64,000 bases of DNA from Octopus vulgaris (Eukaryota): the NCBI GenBank assembly GCA_951406725.2, contig OX597814.1, positions 89,528,001-89,592,000 on the forward strand, in the 5' to 3' direction. A program made the translations under genes and the position numbers. Numbering within the stretch: position 1 is the first letter of the stretch; each line of letters starts with the position of its first letter. The notes under the pieces were generated by a model that was not told where the DNA came from, ran no database searches, and saw only the letters and a list, made by a program, of their open reading frames with translations. Positions 13,431 through 31,287 of the stretch are shown piece after piece.

Positions 13431-15067
13431 TTTAAAAGCTGGTAAAGCTGATCGAAACATCCAACAGCCAGTTTAAATTCAACGTTCTGTTAATGTATTA
13501 ATTTTAGTAAAACATTAAATTATCGTATTTATATTATTTTACGATTTCTCCATGTTCAGATGCCGATGTTTTTCCTTTACACTTTTGTGCCACATTACAC
13601 TGTGCTCTAACTTAAGGCATGATTTCCCAATTTGTAGATTAAGGCTTGCAGCTAGTAAAAAGAGCTCTGTAGAGAGACACGATTGTTTTCCAGTTAAAAC
13701 CATTGAATTTAACTTCCAAAGTAAATGCTTTTCTAAAAAAGTGAGTATCTCATATCAACCCACGCTGCATAATGAAAATTAGGGTCTTTTAGCCTGTTTG
13801 TTAGAAACCAATGTGAAAGCTGAAAGCTGAGCTCAATAATTAAATTATTAAAAACATGCTACACAATATAATTCATTAATAACAAACCAATTTTCGACTA
13901 AACTAGCTTGTGGTTTGAAAGCTTTTTTGCGGTCTAAAACTACTTAAACACAATTTTCTCATTACTGATAGCAATACAAACTATATTTATGCTTTCTATT
14001 AACAGAAATAGCCCAAACGAGAAAGAACTGCCATGATTAAGGACATAGTACAGTGCTGTCGATATTGGTACGAAGTCTCAACTATAGGATATCGTGTCTA
14101 TCCTGCGAGTCCTGGTATAACTCTGAATGGATCGTGAAAATAAAAAGAAGCTTTTATTTTTGAATTATTCATAATCATTTTATATTTAATGCAAATATCT
14201 TATATAAGCAATAGGTATAACAGTTACATTTACAAATAAAATCTGAAGAATATTTCCCAAAACATGAGGTGTTATGTGCACTTTATTGGAACGTATTTCA
14301 CATAAGAACTACCGATGTTATTTATGTATCCAAATAGATCGAGATGGTAAAAGGTTGGTAAACATTGCTGTAGGACACTTTATCAAGTTGGCAAACTGAT
14401 ATATTTTGAATGGATTTATCGAAAATAAAATTTTCTTATTTTCTGTTTCAGCAACAAATAGAAACGATTGTTTAACCATTTTTGATTAAGTGTGATAGAG
14501 TAAAAGAATGGAATGTGGGATATGAACCGTGAAATTCGAATAAGAGGAAAATAGAGAAAATATCTTTATTCAACACAGAATCAGTTTGTTCGGAGATTGA
14601 CACTTAGGCTATAGCTCTTGCCAATCCCTGAAATATATTAACTTATCGTATTTTCGTCCAAATTGTAATTTTATGGTAGTCTAACTTAGATATATTTAAT
14701 AGTCACTGCAGATCGTTTAACGGAATATATCATCACAAATTCGTTACTGGGGAAATATTTGAATGAATGTGAGATGAAATGGAAAGCTGGAAAACACAAA
14801 TAAACAAGAAAAAAACAACAACAAAAGATACAAAGCAATGTCCATGATATCATTCTCTTTTAGCAGTTAGAAGTGTAGAAGAATGGATTATTTTCCTGTT
14901 TGCGATAGCATGGCACGATAAACCATATTTAAGAAATCTAATTTGCGATGAAAATACAAAATAGAGATAAGATCAACGGCACAGCTTCATCAGGAATAAT
15001 GGAGTCTTTATCGAGCTGTTCGTTCGAAGAGTTGTATATTCAAAAGTTTACTCACTACTTTCAACTA

Positions 15068-15148
<81 letters not shown>

Positions 15149-15174
15149 TGTATATATATGTATATATATATATA

Positions 15175-16750
<1,576 letters not shown>

Positions 16751-16841
16751 TAAAAATGATAAAATTTTTCGAAAACAATTTTTTCAATGGCCAGCATATT
16801 AAAAAATACTTATAAGTATTTCATTTATTTCTTTGCCGCAT

Positions 16842-16902
16842 TTATCACTGACGAAGAGAAGGTTCTTATGAATTAACTCTGAAATCGGGTCCGATATGGT
16901 AA
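16842..16902 (+). ncRNA. Type I hammerhead ribozyme, near-canonical
   Basis: ttatca CTGACGA agag...ctct GAAA tcgg-gt-ccga TA tggtaa; all three stems pair; predicted cut after 16896; within (TA)n-flanked cassette 16748-17047. Confidence 0.85.
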
Positions 16903-17653
16903 TAACAGAATTTTTTAGAAATTTCTGTCGGCTTCCTCCGAGGCGCGTGCTTATAGTGATGAATTATATGGTTATGGACGATGTGTCTAGTTTCGGCATA
17001 TTTGGCATTAGAAATTTTTTTCTTTTGCCCTTGTTTATAAGTTGTTTATATATATATATTTCATGTTCCTTTCCTTCTATCTCTGTTCGCCCTACCTAGT
17101 TTCGCTCTGTTCCTATCAAGGTATGAAGCTTCTGTGGTTCAGTGCTCCTCATCAACTGCACCCAGGTTTTCTAAATTGGAGAAAGGAAAAAAAATCTCTC
17201 CCTTTATAATTTCTCTCTTGTTAACTTTTTCCTGAATGACTTTGTCCTTGTATGAAGGAACTACATATTGAACGTAGGGAAAGCACCCATTAGGTCCTTT
17301 TGTATGCAACAGCCAGGTTCTGTGTGGAGTAACAAAGCTGTGCTTGCGTGTGCGCGAGTGAGTGCATGTGTGCGTATGCGTGTGCATGTGCGTGTATGTG
17401 AGCTTGCGTGATATATAGAAAACATTTTATAGCGCTCAAATGATTCGAACTTACACTTCGACATCTTCACCGAGGATCAAATCAGCAGGGTAAAGAGTGG
17501 CCATTAAAGGAAACCAAATGAACAGATTATTAATCATCTGAAAATTTTAAGTCTACCTTCTCTTTTTACATGTATACATGTATATATATTTTGTACATTA
17601 AAACCCAGGATTTTTATCTGTTTATTTGAATCATTCCATGTATGTGTATGTAT

Positions 17654-17935
17654 GTGATCACTGTGATTGACAAGGCTATCAAATGTTGCTACACATCGCT
17701 GGTCACAATGCGCTTCGCATTGTTTTAGCCTTCAAATGACGCCACCCCGCTGGCTAAGCGAGCAGGCCAACAGAAGAAAGAGTGAGAGAAAGTTGAGGCG
17801 AAAGAGTACAGCAGGGATATCGCCACCCCCACTCGTGGGGCTTTAGGTGTTTTCGCTCAATAAACACTCACAACGCCCGGTCTGGGAATCGAAACCGCGA
17901 TCCGCTGCCCTAATCAATGGGCCATTGCACCTCCA
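17654..17935 (-). mobile_element. tRNA-derived SINE family B
   Basis: Reverse complement of the 37962 copy with small deletions. Confidence 0.85.
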
Positions 17936-18045
17936 CGTGTATGGATGTATGTATGTATGTATGTATGTATGTATGTATGTATGTATGTATGTATATGTTT
18001 GTGTGTGTGTGTGTGTGTGTGTACATATGTATGTATGTATGTGTG

Positions 18046-18102
<57 letters not shown>

Positions 18103-19724
18103 GTGCGTGTGTATGAATAGATAGAGAGACAGAGAAGGAGAGAGAGAAATAGATATGTGAACATGACGATAATAATTACCATTTTGTCATTTGTAAAACA
18201 ATTGCAAGTCTTTCAAATCTGAAGTACTTTTTGAATTAATCTAAGATGCAATGATACAGTGAGCAGATGTCAGGCTATTTGAAAATTGTTAGATTCGAAA
18301 TTGTTTAGAATATATGATAGTTTAAGTCGAGTTTAGCGTGAATGGTTTAGTGATATTGCAGCTGTGGTTGTTGTTGTTGTTGTTGATGTTACCGTTACTG
18401 CCGATGATGTCGCCATTGTTGTTGCTTTCGTTCGTGTTTTAATTGCAATGTTACTATCTTCGTGTGACTTCAAAATTGTCAATTGTAAAAGCCATTCGCA
18501 ATGACTTTAACATCTCCTTGCAATGCATTAGTTTTAACACAAAGTGGGTGCCTAGTATTGTTACAATTTTTGTTTTCTTCATGCTGTTTTTCGTTAAAAC
18601 TTGATACTACGATAATGAAAGTCCATGCAGGCAGACGGCTGTTGTAGCATTAAGTCAATTACATAATAGAAGTACTGTTTTAGATGAAAAGAATTCAATT
18701 TCCACTTAAATTAACTTCGGTATTATGAATCAATAACAAAAAAACATATATATAATAAAAAGAAAAACACGCACAAAAATTATGAAACGATTCCACAGGA
18801 TTGAAGCTTACGTTCAGACAGTTAAAAGTAGCGTCTATTACGTCAGACAGTCGTATATGATAACATTGCAGTAAAATCATGACTGTTGTTGCTTCTAGTG
18901 GCACCTGACAGAATAACTACACTTTTACTTCTACAGGTAAATGTAGGATTCGATCAGGTTTGACTAGGTGCTGAACAACAACAAATACAACAACGATAAC
19001 AACAACAACAACAACAATGGCAGTAGTGGCAACAGTATCAATGTACGAACTTGAATGTTTCTACCTGATTGAACGACCGGCTAGAAATAGCGGTCAAATC
19101 TTCCACCAATCACACTCGCATTAGAGTCTTTTCTATTCTAGGCACAAGGCCCTAAATTTTGGGGGAGGGGGGCCAGTAGATTAGATAGACCGTAGTATGC
19201 AACTGGTACTTAATTTATCGACCCCGAAAGGATGAAAAGCAGCCTTAAATAACACCCCCAACCTCTAAAAAAGAAACAACAACAAAAATAGGATGATCAG
19301 AACTGGGGCACCTTTGGTGATATTTCTGCTCAATCAGGGATGTCTGGGCTTTAATACCAACCAGCCAACAAACCAACCAACAGCAACTAATACTCTATGA
19401 AAGCAATAAATCTACTTGTTTATGTGGAACATCGGAATATTGAAATAATGTGTAGACTGCATGGCAGATAAAAGGTTTCCTAAACAGACGTAAGGATATA
19501 CAGATATATGAGAGGAAGGAATCGAGGTAAAAAATGGTTGAATCCCTTCCAATAAATCGCTGTCCCATATTTCATCGATTCCAAATAAATGAAAGAGAGA
19601 AAAATCAATGTCATTGTTGTGTTGTTTAGCCTTAGGTCAATCTGTAAGGTATCCCTACTTAGTTCGCATAATAATTAATACCTGGTTGAGTTATTAGCTA
19701 TATTTAATGTGTGTGTATATATAG

Positions 19725-19940
19725 TTAAGGAGACTAGCTAGCAGAATCGTTAGCACGCCGGATAAAATGCTTAGCGGCATTTCGCCCTTCTTTCTGCTCT
19801 CAGTTCAAATTCAATTGTGGTTGATTTTGTCTTTCATCCTTTCAGGATCGATAAAATAAGTTTGGGCACTGCAGTCGATTTAATCGACTTCACACCCATC
19901 AAAATTGCTGGCCTTGTGCCAAAAATACGAAGGGATTATT
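19725..19940 (+). mobile_element. SINE family A, tail type 2 (a partial minus copy also lies at 19126-19240)
   Basis: gcagaatcgttagcacgccgg...ctttcatcctttc...ggccttgtgcc. Confidence 0.8.
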
Positions 19941-19941
19941 A

Positions 19942-19980
<39 letters not shown>

Positions 19981-19983
19981 ATA

Positions 19984-20194
19984 CAGTAATCCCTCGCCAT
20001 ATCGCGGTTCACCTATCGCGGTTTATTATTTAAGCTTACGTCGTGATGTTGTTTTGCATTTATAATATAATAAATATATACAAATTATAAAAATATTTAA
20101 AAATACACCGTACAGTACTGTTTCTACTTCGCGGATTTTCACCTATCGCCTGGGGTTTTGGAACGTAACACCCGCGATAGCCGAGGGATTACTG
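19984..20194. mobile_element. MITE of Tc1/mariner-pogo (Tigger-like) type
   Basis: TIRs cagtaatccctcg / cgagggattactg flanked by TA on both sides. Confidence 0.85.
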
Positions 20195-20399
20195 TATGTA
20201 ATCTATGTAATTTATTTATATTATGAACAAGCTTAACCGCTGCAGGGGTAATTAACTTTAAGAATGAGCCGAATTACAACCGCTTACCTTGTTTACCTTA
20301 CCTTGCAGCCGCTTAACTTGAGAAAGAGAGCATACATACATACATACATACATACATACATACATACATACAAACATACATACATACATACATGTATAT

Positions 20400-20681
20400 G
20401 AGGGTAGTCTCTCGTAGTCCGAGAAAGACGGTTCTGCAATTTCTTGCTGAACGAACTGCACAAATGATTTGTTTATAGAAATCAAATGTTTGTGCTGTAC
20501 ATTAGCTTACATTCTCCCTGAAAAGGTGCACGGAGTATCACACGTCAAGTATCGAAGTACTCGCAGAGCAAGCTAGATGAAGTCTTGCTCAAAAGCACAA
20601 GGCACAACCCTGCCAAGGAATTAAAACTACGATCTCGCGATTGTGAGTGTAACGCCCAAACCATTAGGTCATGCGCCTCCA
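20400..20681 (-). mobile_element. Degenerate tRNA-derived SINE family C
   Basis: Minus-strand head ggaggcgcatgacctaatggtt...ttgagcaagac resembles the 35826 and 58735 copies. Confidence 0.65.
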
Positions 20682-20816
20682 AACACATAAACCCACACAC
20701 AACACACAATTCATTTTTGGAATTGAATATCGAAGCGCATATTTCATTCTTTTGTCTTTTAGGCCTTTTCTGGTGTTAGCATATGGACTGAGGCCATACT
20801 CAACCACCATTTCCAT

Positions 20817-23066
<2,250 letters not shown>

Positions 23067-24890
23067 AAAATCGTCTTAGAAGTAATTATAGAGCATCAAA
23101 TTGTTGGACCAGACGATGAAAGTTACGGAACGGGTTATAACTGAATTAATTAGGAACAGAATTAAACTAGATGAAATGCAGTTTGGGTTTGTGCCCGAAA
23201 GAAGCACAACTGATGCTTTTTTTATCGTCGTCAATTGCAATAGAAGTGTTTCGATAAGAATAAATCGTTGTCCGTGGCATTTTCCGATTTAGAAGTGTTT
23301 CGATAAGAATAAATCGTTGTCCGTGACATTTTCCGATTTAGAGAAAGCTTTCGACGAACTTCTTTGCTCTGTGATATAGTTTTTGATTTTTGTTTTGTTC
23401 CTTCTCGAGCCATGCCTAGCTCATAAGGGCCGGTTTCCCGGTTTCTTGACGTATAGGTTCCCCACCTGGACGGGACGCCGGTCCGTCGCAGGTGAGCTGC
23501 AAGATGCAGGAAGAAAGAGTGAGAGAAAGTTGTGGCGGAAGAGTCAGCAGAAGTTCGCCATTACCTTCTGTCGGAGCCACGTGGTGCTTAGGTGTTTCGC
23601 TCATAAACACACTCATCGACCGGTCTGAGATTCGAACCGGCGATCCCTCGACCGCGACTCCGCTGCTCTAACCACTAGGCCATATGCCTCCACTCTGTGA
23701 TATAGTGGTCTCTGAGGAAGCTAGGGGTAGACAAATGGCTTGTAAGAACAGTACAGGCCATGTACAGGGATGCTGTTAAGGCAAGAGTTAGCCATGAGAA
23801 CTGATGAATTTAGTGTACAGATAGGCGTTCACCAAGGCTCGGTGCTCAGCTCCCTCCTATTCATCATTGTCCACTAGGTCATAACAGATGAATTTAAAAT
23901 CAGATGCCCGTGAGAACTACTATACGCCAATGATCTTGGTCCCATAAGAGGATCTGTAACAGAACTAGAAAAGAAATTCCAAGTGAGGAAGCAAAATGTC
24001 CTATCGAAGAGTCTTAAAGTTAACTTAGCAAGCACCAAGGTCCTAGTAAGCAAGGATTCAGATAGGACCCTACCCACTTCGGGCAAATGGTCCTATCCGA
24101 TACGTAGCAAAGGTTTAGGCCAAAATTCCATTCGGTGCACCCAAATGCAAGTTATGGACACACAAGTTGTGCAGTGAAATAATAGGAAGGTTAACAGAAA
24201 AAGTGGCCGTTTGCATGTGGAAGATGTACAAGAGCCATAAAGTCTACAGATAGACCGAAAATTAATATAATTTTCTTTAATTCCCTGGAAATTCTCTGGA
24301 GCTTGTGGATAATTTATGCTACGTAGGTGACCTAATTAGCAGTGGAGGTGGATGTATCGAAAGTGTAATTGTTAGAATAAGAATAGGAAGGAGAAACTTC
24401 ACAGCTTTTACTTCTGTTGGCAACCAAAGTTCTCTCCCCGAGAGAAAGAATGATTGCATAATACATGTGTATAAACTGCAATGCTACATGGTAGCGAAAC
24501 GTGAGCCCTAATGCAGAGGACATGCAAAGATTAGAGAGGAATGAAGCTAGTGTGCTCCGCTGGATGTGTGATGTCAGTGTACATGTACAACAGAGTGCTA
24601 GAGTATTGAGATAGAAGTTAATCATAAGGGGAGTTATGGCTGTGTGCAAGAGAGGAGACTTCGCCGGTTTGGTCATGTGACGCGTATAGATAAGAACAGT
24701 TGTGTAAAGAAGTGTCAATCACTTAAAGTAGATGGAACTTGTAGAAGAGGGGAACCCAGGAAGACATGGACAAAGTATTGAAGGCCTGTCTCAAGACGCT
24801 GAGCCTTACGAAAGAAATGACAAAGGATTGAGATATCTGGCGCCTTGCTCTACTCAAGAAGTTCCGTCCATGACAGTACAGATAACCTAA
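23067..24890 (+). mobile_element. Degenerate RTE-clade LINE reverse transcriptase and 3' end
   Basis: DEMQFGFVPERSTTDA, DLEKAFD, GVHQGSVLS, LLYANDL and a Cys-rich insert (NSIRCTQ); many stops; interrupted by a SINE. Confidence 0.85.
23382..23692 (-). mobile_element. tRNA-derived SINE (B-like head, C-like tail) inserted in the RTE
   Basis: 14-bp target-site duplication ctctgtgatatagt at 23368 and 23693; A/B boxes tggcctagtgg and ggttcgaatc. Confidence 0.9.
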
Positions 24891-24902
24891 AAATCACCTT
24901 GG

Positions 24903-25082
24903 TAACGTCTGTCTTTACGTTCTGAGTTCAAATTCCGCCGAGGTCGACTTTGCCTTTCCTCCATTCGGGGTCGATTAAATAAGTACCAGTTACGCACTAG
25001 GGTCGATATAATCGACTTAATCCGTTTATTTGTCCTTGTTTGTCCTCTTTGTGTTTAGCCCCTTGTGGGTAGTAAAGAAATA
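24903..25082 (+). mobile_element. 5'-truncated SINE family A, tail type 1
   Basis: Body and tail match 53823; imperfect TSD ggtaacgtctgtc/ggtaatgtttgtc. Confidence 0.85.
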
Positions 25083-26959
25083 GGTAATGTTTGTCCATGA
25101 AGGTTCTGTCCCACCTCACCTCCATCCTCTCTGTCCCGTCAACCTTTTCGCCCCTCATTTCATCCTCTAACACCCATCGTCTCTGTCACCTGAGAGAATA
25201 GGCACATACTACATCCTTTGGCTTTCTCAGTTACCTCCCTTCCCTCGCACCAACCACTTTCATTTCCCATTATCTTCCTCGCCTACTGTCTCGACCAATC
25301 ACCTTTTTTCTCTCCCTTCAGCTGTCAGTCATCATTAACGCCTCGCCTACCTGCTATCACCCTCAATGTTCTCACTTACTTACTGCTACTCCCGCTCCGG
25401 GCCTCTCCTATATGCAAAGAAACGAAATAGTAAACGGTCTTATGAATGAAAGTTTGATAATTGTGTTTATTTCCACCACGTGACACTTATGTGATCAACG
25501 TGTTGTCTATCGAAAGAGTGCTCTTTGGTACAAGTAAATGCCACTGAAATCATTTCAAACCTTTCCGGTTTCTCTTATCAAAACGGCTAGAACTTGTGCA
25601 ACAATCTGACATATAAACTATTGTCGTCCGGGAAGAGGGCTTTTTATGCTCAAGAAAGAGAGTGTGGATTAAGTTAGTTTGAGTCACAAAATGAAGCAAA
25701 AAATCTGAAAATATATTATCTCAAACATATTCATTCTTTATTCATTTGAACCAAAAAACTTATTGCGAAAAATTTGACGAAAAAGTTATAGACGTTTAAA
25801 AATCGAAACACTATTTTTAGCCAATAATAAACTTTCGTTGTAGCGAACGGTGTCGACTTTTATGGTTGTACCCTGTGTGACCTGTTCATTCTAGGTTTCT
25901 AAAGAAAGATAAATACCTCATGAAGTCATGTTTTTATTTTTTGCGGGGTTATATTTATGTATTTGTCTGTATGTATTTGGATAAATTTTTACAAGAGCAC
26001 CCGTATTAGCAGCTATTTGCCATAACGGCGGGTCCTTTATCGCATATAGCTGTTACGTGGTATCAGGGCTTGTGAGAAATAGCAGCCAAATCTTTCTTTT
26101 TCTGGGTTCCGGAAAACTTCGAGATCCCCTCTTTCTTTTCCGTAAAAAAGTGGTTTGCGACGGGTTTGGCGGTCAGATCCGTTTAATGCACGTGTAAAAT
26201 CCGAGAGTTTTCTTTTTTCTTCCTGTCCTTACTGACAAAAGTTCATTACATCCATTGTGAGTGCCCCGCCAGTACAAATTCCCCCGAACCACTTTCTTAG
26301 TTATAGTGTGTTTAGATTTATTACACTTTTTTTTAAGGGATAACACACTTTTCTTTTCGAAATAATATGTAGCATCCACCTCTGTTTTCAAAATGACTTG
26401 GATGCGGCCATTCTTGGCTTTTACCAACAAGCAAAAAGTAAACAAACAGAAAAACTTCACGAAATATATGTAAAATACTGCGAAAATTCACGAAAAATGC
26501 CTAAAATTAATTTCTAATTGATATAAGCACAGGTAATGGACGATTTATAAAGTTTGCACAGAAATAACAAAATCGAAACATGTACAGAGAAACTGCGTGC
26601 AGACAAGAAGACTCAGCACAGCAAGTCATATGTGGCTATGGTAACTAGCTGTTAATGCCTCGCTGTCTGTTGATTGGCTAAACTTACACAAATTTTTCAA
26701 CTTTAATTCCAAATAACATCAAATTCTTTAATTTACGAGATAACGTAATTGGTTTAGTGTAATCAAAATTCCCAACTCCATTCATAGCCTAAATTTGGAA
26801 ACAATCTGAGCAAAATTAAAGGGGACTGATTTTGTGACTTAAACTAACTAGATCCGAAAATGTTTACTCATCTCTATCATTACAATTAAAATTAATATTT
26901 TGATTTTGTTCGCTTCTATGAATTTAATTGCTTTTAAATGCTTCCATCCATGGCTTTAT

Positions 26960-27830
26960 ACAAGAAAAAAGAAATTGGAAAATCCAGACCAAAACAGAGA
27001 AATTCTAACTAAACAAAAAAATATACAAAGAGAAAGGAAAGGTTTTCGAAAGCCAAAAGAACCCTTTGCATCACAAATTTCATCAGCCATGATACTGAAA
27101 TAGTCAGCCTTCATCGCTTCGTTAATGATTTACCTCCTGATGGCCTTTGCAAGAGAATCAATCAGTTGATTCTGGATAACAGGAGATAAATATTTGACAT
27201 TCTTCGGTGCATTTTCCAGAGAGGCTGCAAATTCAGGATTATCTTTTGCTTTCCACTTAATAAAAGAAAATTTAAATTACCGTCTTCTTCCTTCTTCTCA
27301 TGGGACCAGCTTCCTCTAAATGAAATTCCTCTTTTTGCAAGGGAAGTGATTACATCAAGAATGCATAAAAGAGATAATCTGTTCTCTTCAACTCGCTGAG
27401 CATATGCTTCAGAAAGATGTTCTGTGATTGATTTCTTTTCTTCTTGGCATATCATCAAAAATTCATCAGCCATTTTTATTGCTCGTTGATGGGTTCTGAC
27501 TTTTCATGACGAGTTAGAGACTCTCTTTCTTGACCACAGGCATTCTTCCAATCCTGGAATGGTTTGTTAACAAATTCAGGATTGCTCATATCTTGGACAG
27601 CAAAGCAAATACACACCAAACAAAAAACTGCATCCAGTGACTTAGAGTGACCTAAGCCATGGAAACTTTTCTTACCACGCTGGAGAATACCTTCTGGTGA
27701 TACTTTGGGTATGTAAACTGCTCTTTGGTGCCTTTCACTTCTGCTGAAGAATGGTCTTGCGCTCATTGTCACCCATAGATGCTCGACTAACTAGCCCAAT
27801 ATCAAGTTCGGGCGAATTTTACATTCCTTG
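26960..27830 (-). pseudogene. hAT-superfamily transposase fragment (ZMYM1/THAP12-like, TTF zinc finger plus DUF4371)
   Basis: SKSLDAVFCLVC...FQDWKNA...RHEKSE; EENR...ISFRG...DGN; KYLSPVIQNQLI...YFSIMADE; frameshifted. Confidence 0.85.
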
Positions 27831-28229
27831 TTCCTGAATTCCAAAGACCCCGCTTTTTGAGATGGCTTGTATTTGTAGTGTTGAGTTGCTAGATGTCAGA
27901 TATTCATTGCTGGCATTACTAGTTTGATATAGAAATATTATTTACATATATTTGTTCGTTTGCCCGACATGTAGTTGGAGATGTAGCAATAATTGTAGTA
28001 ACAGTGACAATAAGTTCGTTCGCTGGTTGGTAGCTGATAGTATTGAAGTTACTGCCTGCCAGTAGAAAGAGAAAGAGTAATGAATGCACGGTGCTGACTA
28101 GAAAGGAAGAAAGGATAAATGTGGCATCGACTTCCTTGCAGCCGAAATCTTCTCTTTTGTGTCAGCTATGACCAAGGAGCAACGCCTTTTCTTCGCCCTT
28201 CGCTCGAGAAGAAAGACAATGCCACCTTT

Positions 28230-28327
28230 ATTATATCGGTGTCTTTTACCGGACCTCTAAGTTACGGGGTGTAAACACACTAACGTCTGTTATCAAGCGA
28301 TAGTGGGAGTACAAACAAACACACACA

Positions 28328-28358
<31 letters not shown>

Positions 28359-28522
28359 GTACACACACACATATACGACGGGGTTCTTTCAGTTTCCATC
28401 AACCAAATCAACTCACAAGGTTGGCCCAAGACTATAGTAGAAGGCATCCATTCAAGGTGCCACACAGTGGGACTGAACCTGAAACCTTGTGGTTGGGATG
28501 GAAGCTTCTTACCACGCAGCCA
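28230..28522 (-). mobile_element. tRNA-derived SINE family D with internal (CA)n
   Basis: Matches the 49599 copy; other copies at ~54240-54625 and 55360-55700, tail pieces at ~5368 and ~7430. Confidence 0.8.
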
Positions 28523-28816
28523 CTACATTTTGAGACATACGTGTACATATATATTTATACTTTATTGAAGCTTGGAGAGAAAGTAAAACAAATACTTACT
28601 GGTAATTACAACAGACTCTGAATGGAAGGGAAGATAATCTCAATGAATCAATAATCAATGTCATAAATTAACATGACATTAAGGAACTGACAATGCATTG
28701 TACTGGAGGCAAGGCGACAGCTTTCAGCAAGTGTCTCTACTTCAATGGACGTAATCAGCATAGCATTTTCCTGTGTTGATTCAATCTAGAGATAAGAATT
28801 ACACACACACACACAC

Positions 28817-28871
<55 letters not shown>

Positions 28872-28969
28872 CATACATATGTGTGTATATATATATGCAT
28901 ATTTATATATATGTATATATATATATATACATACATACATATGTGTGTATATATATATGCATATTTATA

Positions 28970-29016
<47 letters not shown>

Positions 29017-29958
29017 GCATACGCATTCATATGCATACATACACACAAACACACACACATATGTATACATATATATGTTTTTACGCGAACAAATTCAAAT
29101 TAAACGATACAGCAGTTGAATATATTGTGCGTAACACCGTAATGGTGATACTTCATGACTTCAATTTCCATAGTAAGGAATATCTTCCGAACAATCTTCT
29201 ATCCTCAGATAAATGTTTCTCTTTAATTTTACTTGGCTACGGAGAAAATGGTTAACAATGGTGAACAAAATATTTGATGACATGTTAGGGGTATCGGATC
29301 GCAAAGAGCACAAGTCATTATTTATTAATTATAGTCTGAGGTGAGTTACTTCCATAGGATTAAGATTGTGAATGTAAGTGAAATTTGAGATTTTGATAAG
29401 ATAAGGTTCTCACTTTGAAAGTAGAAAAGGAAGCTGAAGCTACGATTGGTATAATGAATTCCTGTATGTGTTATAATTGCATTGGATTGAAATATTTTCC
29501 GTAAGTTTACTGAAACGCATCTGGTGTGTGATTGCTCTAAAAACCACCACGAAACGAAGTGAGCTACGAAACCTCTACGAAAAGTGAGCTATGGTTAAAT
29601 TAAGAATTATGTCTCTTGGCACTCCCACCACAAAAAAAATGCCTCTGGGGGAGTTGGAAAGCGAGAAGGGTTTTCTGGAAATGTGTGTTTGGGAAATGTA
29701 AGTTTTTGGGATTGGTGTTCTTGTAGAGTTGGAATGCATTCAATGGTACTGTACGTGTAGCGTTTTCGTGAGGGAACAGGATAAGTACCCAAAGATTGCA
29801 TAAGTACCCGAATGCTTCTGTGTGTTTTGTTTATGGTTTGGCTAAATTGTTTGGAGTATTTGTGTATAGAGTGTGTCTAGCGGTACTATATACATACATA
29901 CATACATACATACATACATACATACACACATACATACACACATACTTATATATGTATA

Positions 29959-30030
<72 letters not shown>

Positions 30031-30039
<9 letters not shown>

Positions 30040-30676
30040 GAGGGCACTATTACACATAAATGCCGCACGCTAGGAGGGACTTTTAAAGTCAAAACTACCA
30101 AAATAAACAAATTGTACTGAATGCAATTTTCGAAGCGAGTCATTTAAAAACAGAATTTAGTTGCAGATCACTTGTGATTTCGCAATCAATGCAGTATTTG
30201 CATTTTTTGTTCGTCAGTGCAACGAATTCAAGATATATATGAATGAACAAAAATAACATACCAGACAGGCAACCATCGAGTCCATCGCAGCATATAGGAC
30301 TGTTCATCCCTACATATCTTTTCGAATTGCATTTCGGTAACAACGTGTTACTTTGGAACAAAAATTCAGTATTGAATTGTTCCGGTGAAAAATATAAATT
30401 TAAGAATAGGATAAAATCTTCATAAGAATTTATCAAGTTGTCAGCGGGAAAAACCTCGTAAGAGAAAAAATTGGTAAATTTTTCCAACTTGAAAATATTT
30501 ATTTATATTATATAGAGGGCACTATTGCACATAAATGCCGCACGATAGGAGGGACTTTTAAAGTCAGAACTAACAAAATAAACAAATTGTACCGAATGTA
30601 ATTTTCGAAGCGAGTCATTTAAAAACAGAATTTAGTTGCAGATCACCTGTGATTTCGCAACCAATGCAGTATTTGC

Positions 30677-30680
<4 letters not shown>
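30031..30680 (-). mobile_element. (TA)n-flanked 475-bp unit plus 175-bp partial tandem copy, HHR-bearing (PLE pseudo-LTR or retrozyme-like)
   Basis: 30031-30205 recurs at 30506-30680; full HHR in the first copy, half HHR in the second. Confidence 0.8.
30160..30223 (-). ncRNA. Type I hammerhead ribozyme, near-canonical
   Basis: gttgca CTGACGA acaa..aatgca/tgcatt..ttgc GAAA tcac-aa-gtga TC tgcaac; perfect 6-bp stem I; A-C mismatch at the base of stem II. Confidence 0.85.
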
Positions 30681-30724
<44 letters not shown>

Positions 30725-30726
<2 letters not shown>

Positions 30727-30970
30727 CTGCTAAGGAAGACAACAAGCATTTAATAATATTTTTTCCAATAATAATATTGTATACGACTTGAGATGCTTAC
30801 CTTACCTTAATGTTTGTTGTCCTCTTTAACAATTATTTATCTGCTGCATCGGAATTCTGCAATGGTTCCATAACTACTGTCTCGACTATAACCTTGAAGT
30901 CCTAGTAATTCGTTAAGGCACTTAGCGTACCTAATCTTTTAGATCACCTGTAAACTAAACCCCCATACTT
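30725..30970. repeat. Unclassified (TA)n-flanked repeat, second copy at ~46950-47195
   Basis: Shared blocks acttgagatg, atgtttgtt, tagtaattc and tttagatcacctgt-aact. Confidence 0.7.
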
Positions 30971-30974
30971 CGTG

Positions 30975-31033
<59 letters not shown>

Positions 31034-31122
31034 GTATATATATATTACAGACAAGAAAGTAAACTTCGAACGCAGTAAATTTTCTTTCTTGTATGTTAAA
31101 ATACAAAAGACAGTCGGCATAT

Positions 31123-31188
<66 letters not shown>

Positions 31189-31256
31189 CATGGCTCAGTT
31201 AGTCGTTACTGTGACTCTCTTGTTGCTCTTGGTTCAGCAGTTGAGGAAGAGATGAA

Positions 31257-31287
<31 letters not shown>

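Noticed and set aside
23241-23340. ~50-bp tandem duplication, and short tandems at 11543 and 29555, as CRISPR-like arrays
   Set aside because: Two adjacent copies without spacers in eukaryotic repeat DNA; simple slippage duplications.
25740-26860. DNA-transposon-like termini
   Set aside because: Could not pair TIRs or find TSDs, so no family call is supportable.
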